Part shown: in pieces, positions 1 to 18,585 of the stretch
Position numbering within the stretch: position 1 is the first letter of the stretch
Layout: every line of letters starts with the position of its first letter
Assembly (NCBI RefSeq): GCF_009914755.1
Contig: NC_060925.1
Origin: the human T2T-CHM13v2.0 reference genome, Homo sapiens
DNA length: 64,000 bases
Reading direction: 5' to 3' (one strand)
Translations under genes and position numbers: made by a program
The notes under the pieces: model-generated
Told to the model about the DNA's origin: nothing
The model's database searches: none
The model's input: the letters and a program-made list of their open reading frames with translations, nothing else

Positions 1-8
1 AACTGTAA

Positions 9-2118
<2,110 letters not shown>

Positions 2119-5100
2119 AGGAGATCCAGGACAGTTACTACTTCTACTAGGAACATGGTCAATAACACTTGCACACAGAAGCTCTCTCGTTTTGCCACAA
2201 CACAAATACCTTTTTCTTTCTAAGACAGCAAGGAAAAAAGTGTATGTGTGGATGTGTCAAAAGGGTATTTTTCTTGCTCTAAGCCTCCCCCCTCCCTCTC
2301 CTTGTCCATCAGCCCAAGCAAGCAGAGATGACGCAGACTTCCTTATATAATGGCCTGTGATTTCCTAGACTGCAGGCCTTTCCCTTTGTGTTCTGTATAC
2401 ACTTACACACACGAGCGCGCGCACATTCTCATTGCTTTGCAGCCCCTGGCATGATGCCAACACTCAGTCAGCTGGTTGACTCCATTCACAGAGCAGGGTT
2501 GGAGCTGACATGGAAAAGGGGAGGGGTAGAGAGGGTAAGGGGGAGGCTAGAACCATCACTGCTACAGACAAAAGAAATTTTAAAAAGGGGAGGAAGGAGA
2601 AAGAGAAAACCTTAATAAAACACTCTCCTTATTGCTTCAGCTTGAAGACAACTAGAAGCCAGAGACCCTTACCATTATAGCAAATGGATGAAGCAGAGGG
2701 AAAGAAGATCCAAACCGAAAGGAGCTTTGTATGAGAAACAATAATTCTGCAACAAATTTTTTTAAAGCAACAGTGTTTATTACTTCAATCCCATTAGAAA
2801 CCTCAGCATATTACCTTTTACACATAGCCAAAAACTACTAGAAAGAACTCAGAAGAGATTTCGAGTTTCTGCTTTTAGCAAAGAAAAATAAGGATTGGGG
2901 AGGGCAAGACAGTTAAAACTACTTAGAGGTATACATTTTTCCGTTCCTTCCTCTAGCTTCCAGAAAAGTGAGAGAGATAAGAAATAGAGAAAGAGAACAG
3001 AAAAAGGAGGAAAATAATGAGATGGGTTTAGGTTTTTTTCGTGTGTGTGTGTGTGTGTGGAGGGTCGTGTGTGTGTGGAGGGTCCCCTTTCTTTCTCTGT
3101 TCTATCGTCTCTTTTCTACCGTAAGAGAAGCTCTTTCTGTAGCACAGAGGTGGCCCCCATGCGTGCCAGCCCCCTTGAGAGCCCTGCACAAACCCGGTCT
3201 CCAAGCGGGCACTGCCCTGCCAATCACATGGTGTACTGTTATATTAAACAAAAGAAACAGGGGGATGCTTACTTTTACCCATGATGCCTAGCGGGGACAG
3301 GAGGGAGGGAGAGAAAAACCAGTTGTAGCCGGTTTATAACCTCAGGACATGGAATTATCTCTTAATTTTTAAAAGTCATTTGTGGTACAAAAAAGTCTGT
3401 TAGTCTCCCCACCCTAACTATCCCCCCATCATTGCAGCCTAGTGCCAAACTTTGTCTTCATGAATGAGAGCTAGTTTCCTCTCAAATCATGATGCTTTAA
3501 CTGTTTAGTTTCCAAAGCCAACATCCAAGATAGGAAATCACAGCATCAATACCAAAGCACACCCCAAATTATAACAAAATGAAGACATACTGCCCACCAA
3601 ACTTCTTTTCTTTATCCCTATTGCTAGTGCTAGGGAACAGGTACTAATAAGACAGCAGGTGTATTCACTAATTTTTCTTTTTTCCTGAAGCTGTCCCACA
3701 GATAGGACATCTGATTTAACCCGATCCATTGACACCGTTCAGGGCAGCTGAATCCGCACCTAACACAAAGCATAGCAAGGTTTCACAGCAAAGTAGTCAA
3801 GACAGTACCCATGCATTCTTTAAAAACAGCTTAGGCCTTTGTTATGTATATTTTACTGCAATTTAAAAATTTTTTAATGCTTTAAGCCCAGCCATAGTAT
3901 GATTGCAATATTATTCCACTTTCCTGTGTCATAGCTAGAACACTTTACTCTTTGCATTCTAGCACCTCCTCACCTACCACATCCCACTTACCACACACAC
4001 ATCCCTATGTCATTCTATAGACAAATCCAGATGCTAGACATACCTAAGCCTGGTCTCTGATTAACTTTCCCTTTCCTGTTTTAGAGCAACTTGTTCCAAT
4101 CATTTTATAAGGACTTTTCACTTCCCCAAAGTGCTGATATGGGGTCAGAAAATAGTGGGGAAGAAATCTAAGTAAACCAAAGAGGAAGAAGGGCAATGGT
4201 AATTGTTTTCTTGGAGATCTATTGGCTGAGGACCTTTGCTCTAGGATCTTTCTCTATCTGATCAACTAGTTATAAATTGTAACAAGGAATAACAAGGGGG
4301 GAGGGATTTTCTTACTTTTCAACTGATATCTCCCATGAATATGTCATTCCAAATGCTTGCCTCATTTGGACCTCTGAAATTCACATCATAATTACTGCCT
4401 CCATCAGAGTCTCTCACAAAGCCCTTGTTCTCAAATATTAAAGTTTCTAGCAAACATGGAGAAAAATAATCTTCACCCTACGCAAAAATATTATTTCTAA
4501 ATAAAAGTTTTCCTGAGCCATATAATATTAACTTCAATTTTCAGAAAACTAACACCGAGCTAAATCAAAACTAAGTAGTACTGGCCACTGGCATAAGAAA
4601 TTCAACAATTTACAAACTACAAAGGAAAACCCTTTATCTACAACACAACATGAGCTTCAAGTGGTTGATACCGTACTATCTCAGTCACAATAAGGTCCTC
4701 TTAATAGGAGACCATCAGAGGTATCCAGATCTAGACACTGCTATCATTTTACAACATAAAGGAAAACATGATAAATGTCGCAAGCAAAATAGATTATTTC
4801 TTCTCATTCATCACATTTCCACAGGAAACCAATTATGAATTTTAAACTGAAGCTCACTAGTTCCATGTTGATGATGGTAAGTATGATTGTCTATTTTTTA
4901 ACAACCCATTCAAAGATAATTCCCACGTGAGTCTGCTGAATACATCTGACTGCACTGGTCTTTTTTTTTTTTCTTTTTTATCAGTTTTTAATATAAAAAG
5001 CTTAGATACAATTAAGCTGTCTGTAGCAATTACCATTGATTGCCATGAGTTAAATCTTCAACATTGTAGAGGCTGAGGCAGTACTCTACGTTTACTATAT

Positions 5101-5487
5101 CTCCCTCTATATGTTGGATTGATTAGTAGTCCAGAGGTACCTTCAGAGCCTTGGAAAATTAAGAACTATATAGTGGGCAGAGACCCTACTCTTTTCAGCT
5201 AAATCATACTCACCCAAAACCAAAGTACTTAATTGTGTGAGGTGAAAACTAAATTTAAAAATACTTCCTCTTTGCCAGGTGTGGTGGCTCACGCCTATAA
5301 TCCCAGCACTTTGGGAGGCTGAGGCGGGCAGACCACCTGAGGCCCGGAGTTCGACACCAGCCTGGCCAACACGGTGAAACCCCATCTCTACTAAAAATAC
5401 AAAAATTAGCCTGGCGTTGCAGGCACAGTGGCTCATGCCTATAATCCCAGCACTTTGGGAGGCCGAGGCGGGCAGATCACGAGGTCA

Positions 5488-5858
<371 letters not shown>

Positions 5859-5966
5859 TCAAAAACAAAAACAAAAAAACTTCCTCTTGGTAAATATTAC
5901 TCAAGTTGTGATACCCTAAAGAATACCAAATTATCTAAAGTTAAGAAAAAGATCTACATTCACTGA

Positions 5967-6281
<315 letters not shown>

Positions 6282-6690
6282 TGAGATTACAGGTGTGAGC
6301 CAATGTGCCCGGCCCTGTTCTCCATCTTCTGGATATGGAAATTAATTCAGTGAAATTTTAAAAAGCTTAAATGAAGTCACTCATACAGCTCACAATTAGA
6401 GGCTGGCTCCAAAGCCCATATGCTTTCCACTATACCACGATGCCTTGAGCATTTCTCAGCACTCAAAAGCCCAGTTCTCCAGGGTAACCATGCTTGCCTT
6501 GCCAATCTCCACTTTACCCACTGGATTAAAGAAAATATTAGCCAAATATGATGGAAGTAAAAACACATAAAGTCTCTGACAGACATGTATGATCTCCACT
6601 CATAGATGATTTCACCCAGGACTACTTCTGAAAAGCTAAGGACATGAGCTTCAAGTCAGTGACAAGTAAAGGAAAAATATTTAAATTTTA

Positions 6691-6903
<213 letters not shown>

Positions 6904-7439
6904 TCACGAGGAGATTGAGACCATCCTGGCTAACATGGTGAAACCCCATCTCTACTAAAAAGACAAAAAAATTAGCCGGGCGTGGTGGTGGGCACCTGTA
7001 GTCCCAGCTACTCAGGAGGCTGAGGCAGAAGAATGGTGTGAACCCAGGAGGCGGAGCTTGCAGTGAGCCAAGACGGCGCCACTGCTCTCCAGCCTGGGCG
7101 ACAGAGCAAGACTCCGTCTCCAAAAAAAAAAAAAAAAAAGGAAGACTAAAGATCTAAAGATGTACAACCTAGATACAAAAAGAATTTGATAAATGCTGTC
7201 TGGGAGGATCAAATCACAAAGAATAGCATAAGAAAAGAGGTGATATCCAGGCTTAGGCAACAGAGTTCAAATTGATTGCAACTGAATGCTTAAAGGTACT
7301 CCTACAAAAGAAATGTAAACTTCATAGAACCACTTAACAAAAACTCAGTAATATCATAAACTGGCAAAAACAGTCGTTATCTTTGCCCTTTACAAATTTT
7401 ATAAATAACTTGTTAAATCTTTGTCCCCATTTTAACATA

Positions 7440-7714
7440 CAGTTATGTGTTGCTTAACAACAGGGATACATTCTGAAAAATACATGATTAGGTGATTTCA
7501 CCGTTGTGTGAACATTGTAAAGTGTATTTAAACAAACCTAGATGGTATAGCCTATTGCTCCTAGGCTATAAACCTATATAGTATAGTCTGTTACTATACT
7601 GGCAATTATAACACAATGGTAAGTATTTGTTTAAACATATCTAAACATAGAAAATGTATGGCAAAAGTATGATGTTACAACCTTATGGGACTACCATTAC
7701 GTGAGGCATGACTG
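7440..7714 (+). mobile_element. Tigger3a/MER7A-type DNA transposon fossil
   Basis: Terminal inverted repeats CAGTTATG...CATGACTG, TA target duplication, internal sequence resembles MER7. Confidence 0.75.
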
Positions 7715-9238
7715 TATATCCTTGGACTCAGCAATCAGATCAGTATTAGAACCATTACAAACGCTGAAAAATAGTTTTCCTTTTTTTTTTTTTTTTTTTT
7801 TTTGAGACGGAGTCTCGCTCTGTCGCCCAGGCTGGAGTGCAGTGGCGCTATCTCAGCTTAGTGCAAGCTCTGCCTCCCGGGTTCACGCCATTCTCCTGTC
7901 TGAGCTTCCCGACTAGCTGGGACCTCAGCCTCTCGACTAGCTGGGACTACAGGTGCCTGCCAACACGCCCGGCTAATTTTTTTTTTTTTCGTATTTTTAG
8001 TAGAGACGGGGTTTCACTGTGTTAGCGAGGATGGTCTCAATCTTCTGACCTCATGATCCGCCCACCTCAGCCTCCCAAAGCACTGGGATTACAGGCATGA
8101 GCCACTGCGTCTGGCCAAAAAATAGCTGTTTTTTTAAAAAGCCAACATTATGCTGAAACATGGCTAAATGGTTAACTTACACTTAAAATTATTCACTGGT
8201 GTCCAATAATACAAGCCAAAATTTGTTTATCTAGCTGTTAGTCCTCTCCTACTTCTTATAGTCCTGTCTGCTTTGAGTCGGTCCAGTCTATTTGGAGAAA
8301 TCAGACCACAATGCTTCAAAATTACTATTACAACAACAAATCAGATCACAGAACAGCCAAACCCCATTCATATGGTCAAAAAGTTACATTTTTTCTTCAT
8401 TAAACAGAAAATAGCTCAACTGGTCAAAAGAAAACATCAGTTCTTTGGAGATGAGGATTCCTCTCCACATGTTTAGAAATAGCACACCAGGCAATCAAGC
8501 ACTAATACAAAGAAAACCATTTGCTTTCCCAATCCCTGATACACAAATTGGGAATCACACCCAACCTAATGTGCACTGCTGAGTTCTCTGGAAAAAGGCA
8601 GTTTAGTCTAACAAGGGAAGTCAGTTTTCAATCACTTGGGAGTTACCAATCAATGACTGATTGATTGACAAGTGAAGTAAGTGTCTACCACTATTTGGGA
8701 AGATGTATTTATCAAAATTTTGGCTAAAGTAAAAACTAGGTACACTACCTTATAATGCAGAATATGGACTAGTTCTTAACACAGACACAAGAAATGAGAA
8801 CAAGACTTCGAGTCCTGAGACAGCATTTAAATTAGGGAGTACTGTTCTCAAAGTAGTACTCCTATTTTATTTTTTTTAAAGAGACAAGGTTTCGCTGTGT
8901 TGTCCCAGTGGCTGGGACTAAGGTGTGTGCCACTGTACACAGTCAAAGCATATTCCTTAATGTGTTAACTCATTATGGGTTTACAGGAAGTAAGATAACT
9001 GTAGAGGCCTTCAAGACTTCTACTGACTCAAGTATTGCAAATAAGCATAAAAAATTACTGCAGGCTGGGTGTGGTGGTTCATGCCTGTAATCTCAGTACT
9101 CTGGGAGGCCAAGGCAGCTGGATCACTTGAGGACAGGAGTTGGAAACCACCGTGGCCAACATGGTGAAACCCTGTCTCTACTAAAAATACAAAAATTAGC
9201 CGGGCATGGTGGCAGGCACCTGTAATCCCAGCTAATCA

Positions 9239-9337
<99 letters not shown>

Positions 9338-10509
9338 CTATCTCAAAAAAAAAAAAAAAATTACTGCCATACACTACTCAATGACTTAATCATCATACAG
9401 GAACAGAGAAAATAAACAGATCAACTTTTTCATTTATCATACAGCACAAGATGTGTCTAGGCCAATCTCTTCTGTAAGGGTGGTATACATTTTCCTAAGG
9501 CAACTGGGGGATTCCACTGCCTATCCTTGGAAAAAAAAACATGAAAATCATATGGAGCATTATATTAGTATTTAATACCTACAGAATAATTTCTGTCTTC
9601 CAAAAGACAAAGTATCTCTAGTAGTGTCTACAAGATAGTACCTAACTAGAATAGTCCTAAATCCCTAACTTATTCTCATCCTGTATCAGCAGCATGCTAT
9701 TGATTCCCAGTGATGAGGTGTGCAAATACTTCATTTCTTAATACTTGATTGCTGATTATTTTCATTCACTCCGATCTGTACCTTCCCTCTATCTTTGCAG
9801 GGGGACCAAGTTCTTTTTAGGCAAGTCACAAATGTTCATACTTTTCTGACAACAAAAATTAAACTTGAACATCTAAATGTGCTAACAACTGTTATCAACT
9901 AAGTGCCACAGACGAAAGAGAAAGTAGTTTTAGTAGTCACGTTTATCTCTTTTGCCACAGAGTTTCTAAGCACTTGAGTTCTACTTTTTGGCCTGGCTTT
10001 TTGCTGTTACTAAGTATCTAAGTGTCTCTTCCTCTCTAGCGTTCCAAGAGTAGAAATCCCAGCTTATCAACAGTTTCACTTAGAGCTTCAGACATTTTAC
10101 TCTACATTAAGCTTCTCATCTTTCACTTCTGTTGTGAAGGTTGCTCTTATCTTTATCCTCTGAAATCATAAACAATGCAAAAAAGAAAAAAATATATAGC
10201 TACCCTCTATATAGTGACGTTCTACTCAATCTCTGACTTAAGAGCCCCAAACCATGAGGAGTAATAATAGAAAACCTAAGACTAAAATGTAAGTTATCAC
10301 AGCCATACAGTCAGTGACTTCCATAAATCTTTTAATTTGCCCTCCACTTTAATAATCACCTCACTGAATTGCTATGTTCAACAGGCTATACTAGAACTAG
10401 ATCTAATTATTGAATAAAAATAGAATGTATCAGGCCGGGTGTGGTGGCTCACCTGAGGTCGGGAGTTCGAGACAAGCCTGACCAACATGGAAAAAACCTA
10501 TCTCTACTA

Positions 10510-10731
<222 letters not shown>

Positions 10732-11269
10732 TCACTCTGGGCAGGCAAGTTCAGAATTTACTTCACTCAAACTTGGTAGACTTGTGAGCCATCCAATTAT
10801 CGGAATTTCAAGACAATCACACAATTAACCCCCCTCATAATTACACTAATGAGAAAGATGGAGACAACATAAAAGGAAACAGCTGGCAAGAGGAAAGTTG
10901 TAGATGCGTGAACGTCAAATTTAAAATACACTCACATGTTACTTATTTTCATATGTTCTCTGTATTTTCAACATTAAAATTAACTGTAAAGAATAGCAAA
11001 ATGTTAGTAATTTTTGAAGCTTGTGGTGGGCACATGAAAGTTAATTACTTTGTACTCTATTTGGGTATGTAAGTTCTTCAGAATACAAAATAAAAAAAGT
11101 CACAGGAAATTTACAAACATCTACATTATCAATAGAAAGATAAGAGGCCAGTGGGGCGCGGTGGCTCACGCCTGTAATCTCAGCACTTTGGGAGGCCAAG
11201 GTGGGCAGATCACCTGAGGTCGGGAGTTGGAGACCAGCCTGACTAACATGGAGAAACTTGTCTTTACTA

Positions 11270-11428
<159 letters not shown>

Positions 11429-11583
11429 TCAAAAAAAAAAAAAAGAAAAAAAAAGAAAGATAAGAGGCCTGGTGTGGTGGCTCACACCTGTAATCCCAAC
11501 ACTATGGGAGGCCGAGGCGAGTGATCACAAAGTCAAGAGATCAAGACCATCCTGGCTAACACAGTGAGACCCCGTCTCTCCTA

Positions 11584-11718
<135 letters not shown>

Positions 11719-11781
11719 CTAGGCGAAAGAACAAGACTCCGTCTCAAAAAAAAAAAAAAAAACGACAGAACAAGAAACAGG

Positions 11782-12160
11782 CTTTCTTGCTTCCCAGCCA
11801 GCCTGGCAGCTGCTCTTGGTTGGGGGCCATCCTGAACCTAAGACAGAAAGCTGGTGGCCGCAGAGGATGAAAAAGCGGCTGGAGTTGATCAACTCTAGGC
11901 TCCAACTTATTTAAAGTGAAATTGGTCATCCTCACCAACTGCCCATCTTTAAGGAAATCCAAAACAGAGTACTAAACACCATGTTGGCCAAAACTGGCAT
12001 CCATCATTACAGTGACAATAACTGTAAGGCATGTAGAAAATACTACAGAGTTTGTACACTGGCTATCGTTAACCCAGGTGATTCTGCTATCATTAAACGC
12101 ATGCCAGAACAGACTGGCAAAAAGTAAACCATGCAAAATTTTTCTTTAATAAAATGTGCC
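11782..12160 (+). pseudogene. RPL30 processed pseudogene, decayed, with internal deletions
   Basis: Intronless match to remembered RPL30 mRNA (5' TOP-like leader; ..INSRLQL.., [24 protein letters not shown]-stop at 12125); ATG mutated to CTG at 11851; AATAAA at 12148. Confidence 0.88.
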
Positions 12161-12240
12161 GACAGGTGCGGTGGCTCACACCTATAATCCCAGCGCTTTG
12201 GGAGGCCGAGGTGGGAGGATCACCTGAGGTCAGGAGTTCA

Positions 12241-13036
<796 letters not shown>

Positions 13037-13160
13037 TCACCTATCCAAAAACTGACTAAAATTTAAAAATAAAAGGAATGGCTAGATTTAACATAATTAC
13101 TAAAAGACATAAGCACAATGAAAATTAGGGACAGAGTTTATGGCCGGGTGCAGTGGCTCA

Positions 13161-13501
<341 letters not shown>

Positions 13502-13975
13502 TCACTCACAAAACTCAAGAGTAAAACAGGTAACAAGACTATTATAGTATATAGAACACTACCACTAGTTAAGGTAAGACACACTAAAGGCTAAAGATCA
13601 GATATCTAGGAAAAAAGATCTAGCTGACCAAATATTAAACATACTAATAAGTATTCCCTCCTATTGAATCCAAGGGAAAAATAAATAAACTGATAAGTAA
13701 AGGGGTCTTTCAGGGTCAAAGCATCATCACTCACCTAGAACTCTCTAGACTGTAGAGGGATACATGAATACATAGCTGCTCATAACAATTGACTAGTAAA
13801 TGGTCAAGGAGTTTAAAATCAGAATTGATGGATAAGATATGCCAATGTGAAATTCTGGACATTCATCGCTTCTGTCCAACAATATTATAAAATAATTTTG
13901 TCATCAAAATGGGCCCAACATTAGACAGTATCCAGTAGACTTGTAAGAAACCTTTTTTTTTTTTTTTTTTTTTGA

Positions 13976-14188
<213 letters not shown>

Positions 14189-15110
14189 TGATCCACCCGC
14201 CTCGGCCTCCCAAAGTGCTGGGATTATAGGTGTGAGCCACTGCACCCGGCCAAGAAATCTTCTTTATTGAAATGAGGGAAGAAAATATTCATGCAGAGGA
14301 GTGGATCAAGTTCTGTGAGGCTGTACCTAAACACAGTACAAGAGGAAAAACTTGTCTGGTCTGGATTTTACCTAGAGGAAACTTCTAGCAGTCTATTAGC
14401 TGAGATTTGCCCATTAGCATTGATGAGCACATGGAACCTACAGGAAAAACAGTGACACTTTTCTTCAATTCAGTGACATAAAGATTTGTCAAAATTCTGA
14501 CTGTTGTTACGAGGATTTGGTATAGTAGGCAGGCTTATCATTTTACAGGGCAGTAAATGTTCACCTTAAAAAGTTTATCCCAGCTGGGCACGGGCCGGCT
14601 CACATCTGTAATCCCAGCACTTTGGGAGACTGAGGCAGGCAGATCACTTGAGCCCAGAAGTTTCACACCAGCCTGGGTGACATGCCGAAACCCAGTCTCT
14701 ACAAAAAAAGACAAAAAGTTAGCTGGGCAGGGTGGCACATGCCTGTAGTCCCAGCTACTCAAGAGGCTGAAGTGGGAGGATTGCTTGAGCTGCAGGAGGC
14801 AGAGGTTGCAGTGAGCCGAGATCACAACACTGCACTCCAGCCTGGGCAACAGAGCAAGACTCTGTCTCAAAAAAAAAAATAAAATAAGTTTACCCCTTCC
14901 CCTAAGTAAAACTGAACTTTTAGAAAAGTTTATTCTTGGCCAGGCACACTGGCTCATGCCTGTAATCCCAGCACTTTGGAGGCCAAGGTGGGTGGATCAC
15001 AGGGTCAGGAGTTCGAGAACAGCCTGGTCAACATGGTGAAATCCCATCTCTACTGAAAATATAAAAATTAGCCAGGCATCGTGGCAGGTGCCCGTAATCC
15101 CAGCTACTCA

Positions 15111-15212
<102 letters not shown>

Positions 15213-15929
15213 CTAAAAAAAAAAAAAAAAAAAAAAACCCAAAAAATGTCCCCATACTAACTGGAACCACTATATTAAACACCACCAACATGACTTTATC
15301 TTCAAGGAGGTTTGTGGCAATTATTACCAAGTCTCAAGCTTGTAGTTGAACACAAATACTACCAGAGGAAGTCAGAATAGTGGCTACCTGTTGGAGTGGA
15401 GGAGGGTAATGACTAGGAGAGAACATAAAACAGACTTCTGGGACTGAGCATGTGGCTTACGCTTGTAATCCCAGCACTTTGGGAGGTTGAGGCGGGCAGA
15501 TCACTTGAGGTCAGGAGTTCAAAACCAGCCTGGCCAACATGGTGAAACCTCGTCTCTACTAAAAATACAAAAATTAGCCAGGTGTGGTGGCACACGCCTG
15601 CAGTTCTAGCTACTCAGGAGGCTGAGGCAAGAAAATCGCTTCAACCCAGAAGGCAGAGGTTGCAGTGAGCTGAATTCGTGCCGCCGCACTCCAGCATGGG
15701 CGACAGAGCAAGATTCTGTCTCAAAAAACAAAAAAAGACTTCTGGGTCTTCTATATCTCTATCTGGGTGGTCACCTTACAATTAAACTACTTTTCTGTAT
15801 GTACATTATACCTCAGTTAAAAAAAAAAGTTTACGGGCCAGGTACAGTGGCTCACGCCTGTAATCCTAGCACTTTGGGAGGCCGAGACAGGCAGATCACG
15901 AGGTCAGAAGATTGAGACCATCCTGGCTA

Positions 15930-16411
<482 letters not shown>

Positions 16412-16608
16412 TCAAAAACAAACAAACAAACAAAAAGTTAGCTGGGCGTGGTGGAACGTGCCTGTAGTCCCAGCTACTTGGGAGGCTGAAGCATGAGAGA
16501 ATCAGGTGAACCTGGGAGGCAGAGGGTGCAGTGAGCCAAGATCGCGCCACTGCACTGCAGCCTGGGTGACAGAGCGAGACTCCATCTCAAAAAAAAAAAA
16601 AAAGTTTA

Positions 16609-16920
<312 letters not shown>

Positions 16921-17086
16921 TTATTGACAATATAATGATGTACTCTTGAATCTAAGATATGCAGTATTTGGGTCCTTCCTTTATCCATATAGCTTCAGTT
17001 ACCTGTTTCTCTTTATCTACAAAGATTCTAAGTCTGATGCTCACAGCTAAGGTTAGGGCTGAGTACGCTGTTCATTGAGACTTTTA

Positions 17087-17269
<183 letters not shown>

Positions 17270-17659
17270 TTAGCTAGGTGCTGTGGCATGCGCCTGTAGT
17301 CCCAGCTCCTCAGGAGGAAGTGGGAGGATCACTTGAGCCCAGTAGTTCTAGGCTGTAGTAAGCTATGATACAGCCACTGCACTCCAGCCTGGGCAACAGA
17401 ATGAGATTCTGTCTCTTAAAAATATATTTTAAAAAAAATCCATCTAACAAGGAAGTCTCTAAATAGCATTAAAGAAAGCTGCATGAGATGAGGCATAAAA
17501 CAGATCCTGGCTCCTAATATTAAGATAGTTGCCTATCCTGAATCAAAAGCACCACTCAAAGAAGAACTGGATTCTCCACTCCAACAAATAGGTCAGATAA
17601 AGGGGATAATCTGAAACAAAAGGGAAAGTAGGAGGGACCATAAAAACAGAATGGCTTGA

Positions 17660-17992
<333 letters not shown>

Positions 17993-18289
17993 TGAACAAG
18001 AAAATTTTCAAGGTCAATGAAGCAACTCCTAATACTGACTGAAATATTAACTACAGAGAGTTCAGGAGATCATGCTATATTCTGCTAACACATCCATAAA
18101 TTTCTTAAGGGAAAAAATGTCATCAAACTACAGATTTTATACTCATTGCTTTTTATATCCAAGGCAACATTAGTAAGACCCATTTTTGAAGGATCTTTTC
18201 AAAAAGAGAAATTGGTTAAACAAATACTTCCAGTTAATTAAAAAATACTGTGGTTATGGCTTTGGGAACTAAAATAGCTCTTAGAACAC

Positions 18290-18585
18290 TTTTTTTTTTT
18301 TTTTGAGATGGAGTGTTGCTGTCGCCCAGGCTGGAGTGCAGTGGCACGATCTCGGCTCACTGCAGGCTCCACCCCCTGGGGTTCACGCCATTCTCCTGCC
18401 TCAGCCTCCCGAGTAGCTGGGATTACAGGTGCCCGCCACCTCACCCAGCTAATTTTTTGTATTTTTAGTAGAGACGGGGTTTCACTGTGTTAGCCAGGAT
18501 GGTCTCGATCTCCTGACCTCGTGATCCGCCCACCTCGGCCTCCGAAAGTGCTGGGATTACAGGCGTGAGCCACTGCGCCTGGCCA
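18290..18585 (-). mobile_element. AluY of the Ye5/Yf5-like subfamily
   Basis: Diagnostic-looking GAACCCCAGGGGGTGGAGCCTGCAG and GAGGTGGCGGGC on - strand; subfamily from memory. Confidence 0.55.

Noticed and set aside
2341-2353. SRF CArG box
   Set aside because: CC and GG are separated by 9 A/T, not 6; kept only as a TATA-like motif.
7900-7947. 24-bp tandem duplication inside an AluY; similar microduplications near 28364, 47995 and 48290
   Set aside because: Ordinary slippage events with no sign of function.
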